From assembly GCF_000067205.1 (NCBI RefSeq), contig NC_010170.1, positions 534,870 through 566,869 on the forward strand: DNA of 32,000 nucleotides, read 5' to 3'. Under the pieces are notes generated by a model that worked only from the letters and a program-made list of their open reading frames with translations, was not told the origin of the DNA and ran no database searches. Source of the DNA: Bordetella petrii (lineage in GTDB: Bacteria; Pseudomonadota; Gammaproteobacteria; Burkholderiales; Burkholderiaceae_B). Of this stretch, positions 12,539 through 21,335 are shown piece after piece. A program made the translations under genes and the position numbers. Every line of letters starts with the position of its first letter. Within the stretch, counting starts at the first letter, position 1.

Positions 12539-12684
12539 CAAACTTTGGCCCCTCGTCAGCGCAACATGGGCGAGCGGCAGCAAGCGCGGCCGGTAATGCG
12601 TCCCCTATTTATTTCAGTCCCCCGGCTGCGGCTGATCACTAATGTAGCGGCACCGGGGACATTTCTTTTAGGGCATTAAGGGGG

Positions 12685-13593
12685 TTAAAAGCGCGTACTG
12701 CGCGTGACTGACCAGCGCGCCGCCAGGGCGCCCAGGATGCTGGTGCCCAGTACGGCGGCCGCCAGCGCGGGCAGGCCAGGCAGGTGCAGGGTGAACTCTG
12801 CGCCGTAGCTGCGCGCCAGCCCGAGCAGGGCGCTGTTGAGCGGCGCCAGCGCGATGGCGGCCGCGCCGATGGCCACCAGCGCGGCCAGGGCGCCGGACAG
12901 GGCGCCCAGGTACAGGAACGGCCGGCGCACGAACGATTCGGTGGCGCCCACCAGGCGCGCCACGGCGATTTCCTCGCGCTGCAGCATGGCCTGCATGCGT
13001 ACGGTGTTAAAAACGGCGGCCAGCACCACCGCCGCCACGCAGGCCGCCAGGAAGACCAGGCCCACGCGCGCGAACCGCAGAATGGCCTCCAGGCGCTGCA
13101 CCCAGGCGCTGTCGAGCTGTACCAGGTCGACGTGTTCCCATTGCTTCCAGGCCTGGGCCAACTGGTCGGCGCGCTGCGCCAGCTGCTCGCCCTCGGTCAG
13201 GGTGGCCACTACGGCGTCGGGCAAGGGGTTGCCCGGCAGCACCGCCAGGGCCTGGTCCCAGGTGGGGTCGTTGCGCAGCGACGCCAGGGCGTCATCGCGC
13301 GGCACCACGCGCACCGCCTGGACCTGCGCGGCGTTTTCGGCGCGGATGCGCTGTGCGATGGCCTGGGCCGCGCCGGCTGGCGCGTCGGTTTGCAGGAACA
13401 GCGTGACCTCGGGGGTGATCGACACCTGCCGCGCCACGGGCTGGGCCGACACCAGGATGGCGCCGCCCAGCAGCGGCAAGGCCAGCGCCAGCGCCATGAC
13501 CAGCAGGTTGGCCAGCGATGAAAAGGGCTGCGCCGCCAGGCGGCGCAGGGTAACCGTCAGGGCATAGCGATGCTGCCGCAGCCAGGATTTCAT
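12685..13593 (-). CDS. ftsX: Cell-division ABC transporter permease-like protein FtsX
   Basis: ORF 12685..13593. It has four predicted TM segments with a large first periplasmic loop. Its ATGA start/stop overlaps ftsE. N-terminus: MKSWLRQHRYALTVTLRRLAAQPFSSLANLLVMALALALPL. Confidence 0.9.
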   Translation of the reverse strand: MKSWLRQHRYALTVTLRRLAAQPFSSLANLLVMALALALPLLGGAILVSAQPVARQVSITPEVTLFLQTDAPAGAAQAIAQRIRAENAAQVQAVRVVPRDDALASLRNDPTWDQALAVLPGNPLPDAVVATLTEGEQLAQRADQLAQAWKQWEHVDLVQLDSAWVQRLEAILRFARVGLVFLAACVAAVVLAAVFNTVRMQAMLQREEIAVARLVGATESFVRRPFLYLGALSGALAALVAIGAAAIALAPLNSALLGLARSYGAEFTLHLPGLPALAAAVLGTSILGALAARWSVTRSTRF

Positions 13594-14258
13594 GCGGAGG
13601 CTCCCGAATCGTGGAACTTGCCGGGCTCCAGCCGCAGCATGCGCGTGGCGTATTGAGACATCAGCGCTTCGTCGTGCGAGGCGATCAGGGTGGTGACGCC
13701 GACGCGGTTGAAATCGCGGAACACATTCAGGATGCGTTGCGCGGTGTCGTGATCGAGGTTGGCGGTGGGCTCGTCGGCGATCAGGATGGCGGGCCGGTTG
13801 ACGATGGCGCGCGCGATGGCCAGGCGCTGCTGTTCGCCGCCCGACAACTCGATGGGGTTCATGCCTTCTTTGCCCGCCAGGCCCACCTTGTCGAGCGCCG
13901 CGCGCGCCCGGGCGCTGGCCGCTTCGGGCGCCTGGCCGATGACCGCCAGCGGCAGCATGACATTCTGCAGCGCGCTGCGGTCGAACAGCAGGTGCGTGTC
14001 TTGCAGGATCACGCCCACAGCGCGGCGCAGGTAAGGGCGCGCGCGCGCCGGCAGCTTGTCGAGCCGCTGGCCATTGACCTGGATGGACCCCCGGCTGGCG
14101 GGTTCGAGGCCCCCTATCAATTTGAGCAGGGTGGATTTACCGGCGCCCGATGCACCTGACACGAAAATGAATTCGCCGGCGCTGACCCGGAAGTTGATGT
14201 CGGCCAGGATGTTTCGGCCGCGCCCATACGATTTGAAGACGTGCTGGAATTCGATCAT
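13590..14258 (-). CDS. ftsE: Cell-division ATP-binding protein FtsE
   Basis: ORF 13590..14342. The start is chosen at M29 (MIEFQHVFKSYG..). It has Walker A GASGAGKST, the signature LSGGEQQR and Walker B ILIADEPT. Length is 222 aa. Confidence 0.93.
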   Translation of the reverse strand: MIEFQHVFKSYGRGRNILADINFRVSAGEFIFVSGASGAGKSTLLKLIGGLEPASRGSIQVNGQRLDKLPARARPYLRRAVGVILQDTHLLFDRSALQNVMLPLAVIGQAPEAASARARAALDKVGLAGKEGMNPIELSGGEQQRLAIARAIVNRPAILIADEPTANLDHDTAQRILNVFRDFNRVGVTTLIASHDEALMSQYATRMLRLEPGKFHDSGASA

Positions 14259-14459
14259 GGCGGCAGGTAAAGAAGAAGCAGCAATAGTACCGCGCAGCGA
14301 TCCGGGGCGACGGTTGCAAATTTTTCCGTCCCTTTTTTTCATTTAATCCGTCAAGGGATTTCCCCCATGTCCCCGAATATGCTGACCCGCTACCATCCCG
14401 GCGATGCTTGATGCGCCCCACCCTTTGCGCACCAAGGCTTCCCCTACAGGAGATAAAAG

Positions 14460-15476
14460 ATGAAAGCACTGAAATTAGCCGCCGTTGCCGCCGCACTGTT
14501 CGCAGCGTCTTCGGCGGCCAACGCTGGCGCAACTTTCGACAGCGTCAAAAAGAAGGGCTTTGTCCAGTGCGGCGTGTCGACGGGCATTCCCGGCTTCTCC
14601 ATGGCGGACAGCAAGGGCGAATGGAAAGGCATCGACGTGGCCATGTGCCGTGCCATCGCCGCCACCATGTTCAACGATTCCACCAAGTTCAAAGTCACGC
14701 CGCTGAACACGCAGCAGCGCTTCACCGCGCTGCAGTCGGGCGAAGTCGACGTGCTTACCCGCAACACCACCCAGACCCTCACGCGTGACACCACGCTGGG
14801 CCTGATCGGCGCCGGCGTCAACTACTACGACAGCCAGGGCGTGATGGTGTCCAAAGACCTGGGCGTCAAGAGCGCCAAGGAACTGAACGGCGCCACCATC
14901 TGCGTGCAGCCGGGCACCACCACCGAACTGAACCTGGCCGACTGGTTCCGCGGCCAGAAGATCGAATTCAAGCCGGTCGTTATCGACAAGTACGACGAAA
15001 TCATCCGCGCCTTCTCGGCCGGCCGCTGCGACGCCTTTACCACCGACAAGTCGCAACTGGCCTCGACCCGCACCACGCTCGAGAACCCCGACAACTTCGT
15101 CATCCTGCCGGAAGACTTCTCGAAAGAGCCGCTGGGTCCCATGGTTCGCCAGGGCGACGAGCAATGGTTCAACATCGTGCGCTGGTCGCTCAACGCCATG
15201 CTGGAAGCCGAGGAATACGGCATCACCTCGAAGAACGTCGACGAGATGGCCAAGAGCTCCAATCCCAATATCCAGCGCATCCTGGGCGTGACCCCGGGCA
15301 TGGGCAAGAACCTGGGCGTGGACGACAAGTGGGCCTACACCATCATCAAGCAGGTGGGTAACTACGGCGAAGTCTTCGAGCGCACGCTGGGCGCCGACAG
15401 CGCCATGAAGCTCGAGCGCGGCCTGAACGCCTCCTACAAGGACGGCGGTCTGATGTACGGCTGGCCGGTGCGCTAA
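14460..15476 (+). CDS. aapJ: General L-amino-acid ABC transporter, periplasmic substrate-binding protein
   Basis: ORF 14460..15476, with AGGAGA 6 nt upstream. The signal peptide is MKALKLAAVAAALFAASSAANA. It has a family-3 SBP fold (GVSTGIPGFS..GEVDVLTRNTT). Size and gene order match the Rhizobium AapJQMP system; the symbol is by analogy. Confidence 0.85.
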   Translation: MKALKLAAVAAALFAASSAANAGATFDSVKKKGFVQCGVSTGIPGFSMADSKGEWKGIDVAMCRAIAATMFNDSTKFKVTPLNTQQRFTALQSGEVDVLTRNTTQTLTRDTTLGLIGAGVNYYDSQGVMVSKDLGVKSAKELNGATICVQPGTTTELNLADWFRGQKIEFKPVVIDKYDEIIRAFSAGRCDAFTTDKSQLASTRTTLENPDNFVILPEDFSKEPLGPMVRQGDEQWFNIVRWSLNAMLEAEEYGITSKNVDEMAKSSNPNIQRILGVTPGMGKNLGVDDKWAYTIIKQVGNYGEVFERTLGADSAMKLERGLNASYKDGGLMYGWPVR

Positions 15477-15488
15477 GCACGGCTGCCG

Positions 15489-15538
15489 GGCAAGGCGGGG
15501 TTCGCCCGCCTTGCCAGGCCCGCCCCTCGGGGGCGGGC
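15489..15538 (+). other. Two adjacent GC-rich stem-loops between aapJ and aapQ (intercistronic attenuator or mRNA-stabiliser candidates)
   Basis: GGCAAGGCGGG-gttcg-CCCGCCTTGCC at 15489-15515 (11 bp). GCCCGCCCC-tcg-GGGGCGGGC at 15518-15538 (9 bp). No U-tract follows. Confidence 0.6.
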
Positions 15539-15602
15539 GGCAGGAGTAAGGTGGCGTCAGGGTTTGCCGGCCATTCCTTTTCGACTTCTGTAGATCCATT
15601 CC

Positions 15603-16793
15603 ATGACGACAAACAACCCCCAAGTCCCGGCGGCGGCGCCCAAGCGACGTCTCAGCTGGAACGACCCCGGCGTGCGCGCCGTGGTGTATCAGGTTGTCGC
15701 GCTGGCCCTGGTCGCCCTGGCCGTGTGGTTCCTGGTTTCCAACACCTTGCACAACCTGCAGGTGCGCAATATTTCCACCGGCTTCGGATTCATCGACCGC
15801 GAAGCGGGCTTCGCCATCGGCGAGACGCCCATCGATTACACGCCGGCCAACACCTACGGCCGCGCCATTGTGGTGGGCCTGCTGAACACGCTGCGCGCGG
15901 CCGTGCTGGGCATCATTCTGGCCACCCTGCTGGGCACCCTGATCGGGGTGGGCCGGCTGTCGAAGAACTGGCTCATGGCCAAGGTGTGCTCGGTGTACGT
16001 CGAAACCATGCGCAACGTGCCGCTGCTGCTGCAGCTGTTCTTCTGGTACGCCCTTATCACCGAGAACATGCCCGGCCCGCGCCAGGCGGCCAATCCGCTA
16101 CCCGGCGTGTTCATCTCGAACCGCGGCCTGAAAGTGCCGGCCCTGGAAGGCGCTTCGCTCGACTTCATTCTGGGCGGGTTGGCGCTGGCCATCATCGGCA
16201 CCATCGTGGCCGCGCACTGGGGCAAGAAGCGCCAGGAAGCCACCGGCCAGGTGTTTCCGCTCGGACGCGTCGCGCTGGGCCTGTTCATCGGGCTGCCCAT
16301 CCTGGGCTGGCTGGTGAGCGGCGCATCGTTGAAGCTGGACATGCCCGAGCTCAAGGGCTTCAACTTCTCGGGCGGGCTGACGCTGTCGCCCGAGTTCGCG
16401 GCCCTGCTGGCGGGGCTGGTGATCTATACCTCGGCCTTTATCGCCGAAGTGGTGCGCTCGGGCATCCAGGCGGTCAACCAGGGGCAGTGGGAAGCCGCCG
16501 GCTCGCTGGGCCTGCGCCGCTCGCGGGTGCTGCGCCTGGTGATATTGCCGCAGGCGCTGCGCGTGATCATCCCGCCCATGACCAGCCAGTACCTGAACCT
16601 GACCAAGAACAGTTCGCTGGCGGTGGCTATTGGGTATCCCGACATCGTCTCGGTGGTCAATACCACCATGAACCAGACGGGGCAGGCCATCGAAGGCATC
16701 TTGATCATCATGGCGGCTTACCTCACCGTCAGCCTGTCGATCTCGGTATTCATGAACTGGTACAACAAGCGCATCGCGCTGGTGGAGCGTTGA
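15603..16793 (+). CDS. aapQ: General L-amino-acid ABC transporter permease
   Basis: ORF 15603..16793. It is a multi-TM protein with the binding-protein-dependent transport EAA region (AAGSLGLRRSRVLRLVILPQALRVIIPPMTSQYLNLTKNSSLA). Confidence 0.85.
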   Translation: MTTNNPQVPAAAPKRRLSWNDPGVRAVVYQVVALALVALAVWFLVSNTLHNLQVRNISTGFGFIDREAGFAIGETPIDYTPANTYGRAIVVGLLNTLRAAVLGIILATLLGTLIGVGRLSKNWLMAKVCSVYVETMRNVPLLLQLFFWYALITENMPGPRQAANPLPGVFISNRGLKVPALEGASLDFILGGLALAIIGTIVAAHWGKKRQEATGQVFPLGRVALGLFIGLPILGWLVSGASLKLDMPELKGFNFSGGLTLSPEFAALLAGLVIYTSAFIAEVVRSGIQAVNQGQWEAAGSLGLRRSRVLRLVILPQALRVIIPPMTSQYLNLTKNSSLAVAIGYPDIVSVVNTTMNQTGQAIEGILIIMAAYLTVSLSISVFMNWYNKRIALVER

Positions 16794-16794
16794 T

Positions 16795-17895
16795 ATGAGC
16801 ACGACTACGCCTATCCCCAGCGAAGGCCTGCCGCCGCCGCGCAGCCAGGTCGGCGTGTGGCCCTGGCTGAAAGAGCGCCTGTTCTCGTCGCCCGTGAGCA
16901 TCCTGGCCACGGTCCTGGTGGCCTGGATTCTGCTGATGGCGGTGCCGGCCCTGGTCGAGTGGGCCTTCCTGCAGGCCGACTTCACGTCGACGACCTCGCA
17001 GGAATGCCGCAAGGCCGCCGGCGCGTGCTGGGCGTTCATCGCCGAAAAGCACCGCCTGATCCTGTTCGGCACGTACCCGTACGACGAGCAGTGGCGTCCC
17101 CTGCTGGCCACCATCATCCTGATCGGGGTGATTGTCTGCAGCGGCCTGCGCCGCTTCTGGAATGCGCGTCTCGCCCTGATCTGGGTCGTCGGCCTGACCG
17201 CCGTGGCGGTGCTGATGTGGGGCGGCGTGCTGGGCCTGACCTATGTCGAGAACTCGCTGTGGGGCGGCCTGCCGCTGACGCTGATCCTGTCGACCTTCGG
17301 CATCGCCTTCGCGTTTCCGTTCGGCGTGCTGCTGGCGCTGGGCCGCAAATCGAAAATGCCGGCCATCAAGGCACTGTGCGTCGTGTACATCGAATTGATC
17401 CGTGGCGTGCCGCTGATCAGCCTGTTGTTCATGTCGTCGGTGATGCTGCCGTTGTTCTTGCCGGTGGGTTTTTCCATCGACAAGCTGCTGCGCGCGCAGA
17501 TCGCCATCATCATGTTCGCGGCGGCGTACATCGCCGAAACCGTGCGCGGCGGGCTGCAGGCCATCCCGAAGGGGCAGTACGAAGGCGCCGATTCGCTGGG
17601 CCTGAACTACTGGCAGCAGATGCGCAAGATCATTCTGCCGCAGGCGCTGCGCATTGTGATCCCGCCGCTGGTCAGCATCTTCATTGCGCTGTTCAAGGAC
17701 ACGTCGCTGGTGGTGATCATCGGCATTTTCGACCTGACGCTGGCTGCCAAGGCGGCCCTGTCGGACGCCGCATGGCGCGGTTTCGGGGTCGAGGCCTACG
17801 TCTTTATCTCGCTGATCTACTTCGTGTTCTGCTTTTCGATGTCGAAATACAGCCAACGCCTGGAAAAACGCCTGGCGACCGGACACAAACGATAG
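16795..17895 (+). CDS. aapM: General L-amino-acid ABC transporter permease
   Basis: ORF 16795..17895. It begins 1 nt after the aapQ stop. It has the EAA loop (EGADSLGLNYWQQMRKIILPQALRIVIPPLVSIFIALFKDTSL). Confidence 0.85.
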   Translation: MSTTTPIPSEGLPPPRSQVGVWPWLKERLFSSPVSILATVLVAWILLMAVPALVEWAFLQADFTSTTSQECRKAAGACWAFIAEKHRLILFGTYPYDEQWRPLLATIILIGVIVCSGLRRFWNARLALIWVVGLTAVAVLMWGGVLGLTYVENSLWGGLPLTLILSTFGIAFAFPFGVLLALGRKSKMPAIKALCVVYIELIRGVPLISLLFMSSVMLPLFLPVGFSIDKLLRAQIAIIMFAAAYIAETVRGGLQAIPKGQYEGADSLGLNYWQQMRKIILPQALRIVIPPLVSIFIALFKDTSLVVIIGIFDLTLAAKAALSDAAWRGFGVEAYVFISLIYFVFCFSMSKYSQRLEKRLATGHKR

Positions 17896-17955
17896 TTGCC
17901 GGGCCCGTGTCCGCCGCAGGCGGGCCGGGCTGGCGCACCTTATGGGAGTACAGGC

Positions 17956-18696
17956 ATGAGTGATGCCATCATCCGCATGCAGAACGTGAACAAGTGGTAT
18001 GGCCAGTTCCACGTGCTGCGCAATATCAACCTGGACGTGGCCCCCGGCGAACGTATCGTGGTGTGCGGCCCGTCGGGTTCGGGCAAGTCGACCATGATCC
18101 GCTGCATCAACCGGCTGGAAGAACACCAGCAGGGGCACATCATCGTCGACGGCACCGAGCTTACCAACGACCTGAAGCACATCGAGACCATCCGCCGCGA
18201 CGTGGGCATGGTGTTCCAGCACTTCAACCTGTTCCCGCACCTGACCGTGCTGGAGAACCTGACGCTGGGCCCCACCTGGGTGCTGAAAAAGCCGCGCGCC
18301 GAGGCCGAGGCCACCGCCATGAAGTACCTGGAGCGCGTGCGCATTCCCGAACAGGCCAACAAGTTCCCCGGGCAGTTGTCCGGCGGCCAGCAGCAGCGCG
18401 TGGCCATTGCGCGCTCGCTGTGCATGAGCCCCAAGATCATGCTGTTCGATGAGCCCACTTCCGCCCTCGACCCGGAAATGGTCAAGGAAGTGCTGGACGT
18501 GATGGTTACGCTGGCCCAGGAAAGCGGCATGACCATGCTGTGCGTGACCCACGAAATGGGTTTCGCGCGCAAGGTGGCCAACCGCGTCATTTTCATGGAC
18601 CGCGGCGAGATCATCGAGCAGAACAGCCCCGACCAGTTCTTCGACAACCCGCAGAACGAACGCACCAAGCTGTTCCTGAGCCAGATCCTGCACTGA
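17956..18696 (+). CDS. aapP: General L-amino-acid ABC transporter ATP-binding protein
   Basis: ORF 17896..18696. The start is chosen at M21 ([16 protein letters not shown]), preceded by GGGAG. It has Walker [10 protein letters not shown], the signature LSGGQQQR and Walker [12 protein letters not shown]. Confidence 0.92.
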   Translation: MSDAIIRMQNVNKWYGQFHVLRNINLDVAPGERIVVCGPSGSGKSTMIRCINRLEEHQQGHIIVDGTELTNDLKHIETIRRDVGMVFQHFNLFPHLTVLENLTLGPTWVLKKPRAEAEATAMKYLERVRIPEQANKFPGQLSGGQQQRVAIARSLCMSPKIMLFDEPTSALDPEMVKEVLDVMVTLAQESGMTMLCVTHEMGFARKVANRVIFMDRGEIIEQNSPDQFFDNPQNERTKLFLSQILH

Positions 18697-18711
18697 CCGC
18701 GGGTTTTCCCG

Positions 18712-18749
18712 CCGGCGCCCGGCCTGCCGCGAGGCGCGCCGGGCGCCGG
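18712..18749 (+). terminator. Putative terminator hairpin after aapP
   Basis: CCGGCGCCCGGC-N14-GCCGGGCGCCGG: a 12-bp perfect stem, 16 nt after the stop. There is no clear U-tract. Confidence 0.4.
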
Positions 18750-18808
18750 CGCGTCCGGCCGGGTTATGCTACGTGCCGCACAGAAGCACACACTGGAGAC
18801 CAGAAAAA

Positions 18809-19834
18809 ATGCGCAACCCGCAACAACCCCCCGTTTCGTCCGCCCGCCGCGCGCTGGTGCGCGGCGCCGTCGCCCTGGCGGCGGCCCTGGCCTGCACGGG
18901 CCCGGCGCTTGCCCAGGACACCGACTTCCCCACCAAGCCGCTGCGTTTCGTGGTGCCGTATCCGCCCGGCGGCCCGCTCGATTCCACGGCGCGCATGCTG
19001 GCCGAGAAGGTGCGCGTCTCGCTGGGCCAGCCGGTCATCGTCGAGAACCGCTCGGGCGCGGGCGGCAATATCGGCGCCGACCTGGTCGCCAAGGCCGCGC
19101 CCGACGGCTACACCCTGGTGATGGGCGCCGTGGCCACGCACGCCATCAACCCGTGGCTGTTCGCCAATCTGCCCTACGACCCCATCAAGGACTTCGCGCC
19201 GGTCACCATCGTGGCGGCGGTGCCCAACGTGCTGGTCATGAACGTGGACTTCGCCAAGCAGAACCACATCGATTCCCTGGCGGACCTGATCGCGTATGCC
19301 AAGAAAAATCCGGGCCGGCTCAACTACGGTTCGGGCGGCAACGGCAGCGCCGGCCACCTGGCGGGCGAACTGCTGAAAGCGCGCGCTGGCATTGACGCCG
19401 TGCACGTCCCGTACCAGGGCGCCTCGCCCGCGCAGCTGGCGCTGCTAGGCGGCCAGTCGGATTTCATGTTCGACAACCTGGCTGCTTCGGCGCCGCTGAT
19501 CAAAGACGGCAAGGTCAAGGCCCTGGCGGTGACCACGCTGAAGCGCTCGTCGCTGTTGGCTGACGTGCCCACCATGGATGAAGCCGGCGTGAAGGGCTTC
19601 GATCTGGGTACGTGGTTCGGCGTGTTCACCACCGGCGGCACTCCCGCCGCAGTGGTGGCCAAGCTGAACAAGGCCTACGCCGACGCCCTGCGCCAGCCCG
19701 ACGTGCGCCAGCGCCTGCTGGCCATGGGTTCCGAAGCCGAACCCATGACGCCGGAAGCGTTCGCCGCTTTCGTGAAGAACGAAAAAAATAAATACCAGGA
19801 AGTCGTCAAGCTCTCGGGCGCCAGCCTTAACTGA
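18809..19834 (+). CDS. Bug-family (TctC-like) tripartite tricarboxylate transporter substrate-binding protein
   Basis: ORF 18773..19834. The start is chosen at M13 (MRNPQQPP..ARRALVRGAVALAAALACTGPALAQ signal). It has the family hallmarks PLRFVVPYPPGGPLD, ENRSGAGGNIGA, DGYTL, NYGSGGNGSAGHL and VPYQG. Confidence 0.9.
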   Translation: MRNPQQPPVSSARRALVRGAVALAAALACTGPALAQDTDFPTKPLRFVVPYPPGGPLDSTARMLAEKVRVSLGQPVIVENRSGAGGNIGADLVAKAAPDGYTLVMGAVATHAINPWLFANLPYDPIKDFAPVTIVAAVPNVLVMNVDFAKQNHIDSLADLIAYAKKNPGRLNYGSGGNGSAGHLAGELLKARAGIDAVHVPYQGASPAQLALLGGQSDFMFDNLAASAPLIKDGKVKALAVTTLKRSSLLADVPTMDEAGVKGFDLGTWFGVFTTGGTPAAVVAKLNKAYADALRQPDVRQRLLAMGSEAEPMTPEAFAAFVKNEKNKYQEVVKLSGASLN

Positions 19835-19892
19835 CCCGGCAAGCGCGGCCGGTGCGGGGCGCCGGCTGTTGGGAGCAGTCTCTGCCTGCTTC

Positions 19893-19911
19893 GGTGTCAG
19901 GCACCCTGCGG
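19893..19911. repeat. Left half of a REP-like hairpin split by the IS (left arm GGTGTCAGGC plus part of the loop)
   Basis: ggtgtcaggc-accctgcgg lies directly against the IS left end. It pairs with gcctgacacc at 21345-21354 on the other side of the IS. Confidence 0.8.
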
Positions 19912-19957
19912 TGAAGTGACCCCCAAAAGTTGGATACCAACTTATGGGGGTATTTTT

Positions 19958-20464
19958 ATGGTGAAGTACAGCGAACAGACCAAATTTGCAGCGGTCGAGG
20001 AGTATTGCCGGGGCGATTTGGGACTGGAAGCCGTGGCGCAACGCCACGGCGTGAACCCGCATGCGCTGCGACGCTGGGCGGCGGCCTACCGGGAGCATGG
20101 CGCCTCGGGCGTGCGCGCCAAGCGCGGCCGCTACAGCGCCTCGTTCAAGCAGACGGTGCTGCAACAGATGAAACAGCAGGGCCTGTCGTATCGGCAGGCG
20201 GCAGCGCGGTTCGACATCCGCAACTTCAACATCATCGCCCGCTGGGCACGCCAGTATGATGTACAGGGTCTAGCCGCTTTATCTACAGGACAGCCCCCCG
20301 CAATGACCTCGCCCGTGAAACCGGCATCGCCCGATGCCACGCGTACACGCGAAGATCTGCTCAAGGAACTGCAGTTTCTGCGCATGGAGAACGCGTACCT
20401 AAAAAAGCTCGATGCCTTGGTTCAAGCCAAACAGAAATCGGCGCAGCAGAAAAAGCGCAAATAG
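19958..20464 (+). CDS. IS3-family transposase OrfA (HTH DNA-binding, leucine-zipper C-terminus)
   Basis: ORF 19916..20464. The start is chosen at M15 (MVKYSEQTKFAAVEEYCRG..). The C-terminal LQFLRMENAYLKKLDALV is typical of IS3/IS150 OrfA. Confidence 0.9.
   Translation: MVKYSEQTKFAAVEEYCRGDLGLEAVAQRHGVNPHALRRWAAAYREHGASGVRAKRGRYSASFKQTVLQQMKQQGLSYRQAAARFDIRNFNIIARWARQYDVQGLAALSTGQPPAMTSPVKPASPDATRTREDLLKELQFLRMENAYLKKLDALVQAKQKSAQQKKRK
20401..20407 (+). other. Programmed -1 ribosomal frameshift heptamer A-AAA-AAG, predicted to yield the OrfAB transposase
   Basis: In the orfA frame the codons read CTA AAA AAG (Leu-Lys-Lys). The -1 frame from 20407 (GCT CGA TGC CTT ..) has no stop and runs into orfB at 20464. 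Confidence 0.8.
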
Positions 20465-21300
20465 TGCTTGAACTAAGGCAGCAATTCCCTCTTGCGGGCT
20501 TGTTGTCGGTGGTGGGGCTGTCACGCAGCACCTTCTACTACCAATGGCGGGCCGGGCAAGCCGAAGACAAGTTCGCGTCATTGAAGTCCCGGATCTGCGC
20601 AATTTTTGCCCAGCATCACGGCCGCTACGGCTATCGACGCATCACCGAGGCGATCCGCCAGCAAGGCTGGCCGGTCAACCACAAGACGGTGCAGCGCCTG
20701 ATGGGCCTGTTGGGGTTGAAGTCTTGCGTACGGGTCAAGAAGTATCGCTCCTACCGAGGCACGCTGAGCCAGCTCGCCCCGAACGTGCTGCGACGCCAGT
20801 TCAGGGCTGCTCGCCCGAATCAGAAGTGGGCCACCGATGTGACCGAGTTCAGGGTCGGCACCCAGAAGCTGTACCTCTCGCCGGTGATGGACCTGTGCAA
20901 TGGCGAGATCATCGCCTACGAAATGGCCTGCCGTCCCAGCTTCGCCATGGTCGCAGCCATGCTCAGGCAAGCCTGCGCCCGGCTCAGCCCGTACGAGCGG
21001 CCCATCCTGCACTCGGACCAGGGGTGGCAATACCAGATGCCCGCCTACCGCGAGCTCCTGGCGCAGCACGCGGTCACCCAGAGCATGTCACGACAGGGAA
21101 ATTGCCTGGACAATGCCGCCATCGAGAGCTTCTTCGGCACCCTGAAGGCCGAGTTCTTCCACCTGAACACCTTCCAGACCATCGAACAGCTCAAGGACGG
21201 GATCGACCGATATATCCACTACTACAATCATCACCGCATTAAGCTCAAACTTAACGGGTTGAGTCCGGTGCAATACCGGACTCAGCTCCTGGCCACATAA
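20464..21300 (+). CDS. IS3-family transposase OrfB (DDE/rve integrase catalytic domain)
   Basis: ORF 20464..21300 has a GTG start overlapping the orfA TAG by 1 nt and lies in the -1 frame. The DDE residues lie in WATDVTEF, ILHSDQGWQY and DNAAIESFF. It ends HHRIKLKLNGLSPVQYR. The functional product is probably the OrfAB fusion. Confidence 0.9.
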   Translation: MLELRQQFPLAGLLSVVGLSRSTFYYQWRAGQAEDKFASLKSRICAIFAQHHGRYGYRRITEAIRQQGWPVNHKTVQRLMGLLGLKSCVRVKKYRSYRGTLSQLAPNVLRRQFRAARPNQKWATDVTEFRVGTQKLYLSPVMDLCNGEIIAYEMACRPSFAMVAAMLRQACARLSPYERPILHSDQGWQYQMPAYRELLAQHAVTQSMSRQGNCLDNAAIESFFGTLKAEFFHLNTFQTIEQLKDGIDRYIHYYNHHRIKLKLNGLSPVQYRTQLLAT

Positions 21301-21335
21301 CGGCCAAAACTGTCCAACTTTGTGGGGTCACTTCA

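Larger units (their letters stand above)
19912..21335 (+). mobile_element. Intact IS3-family insertion sequence (IS150-like two-ORF organisation), 1424 bp
   Basis: Terminal inverted repeats are TGAAGTGACCCCCAAAAGTTGGATA (left) and TGAAGTGACCCCACAAAGTTGGACA (reverse complement of the right end); 22 of 25 positions match, with TG..CA termini. orfA and orfB are in 0/-1 frames with a slippery heptamer. Flanking direct repeats are CCTGCGG (7 bp), or TGC (3 bp) if the IRs are extended by GG/CC. Confidence 0.9.

Noticed and set aside
12617-12660. Hairpin GTCCCC(C)GG..CCGGGGAC downstream of ftsX, considered as a terminator
   Set aside because: It has an 8-bp stem with a bulge, a 27-nt loop and no U-tract on the ftsX strand. 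That is too weak to call.
16750-18693. A 647-aa ORF antisense to aapM/aapP. Also the alternative-frame ORFs 15551..16798 and 16857..17963.
   Set aside because: They overlap well-supported ABC transporter genes and show no motifs. They are high-GC artefacts.
19835-19892. Possible terminator after the first Bug gene (GCCGG..CCGGC)
   Set aside because: It has only a 5-bp stem and no U-tract. The adjacent REP half-site is the more likely structural element.
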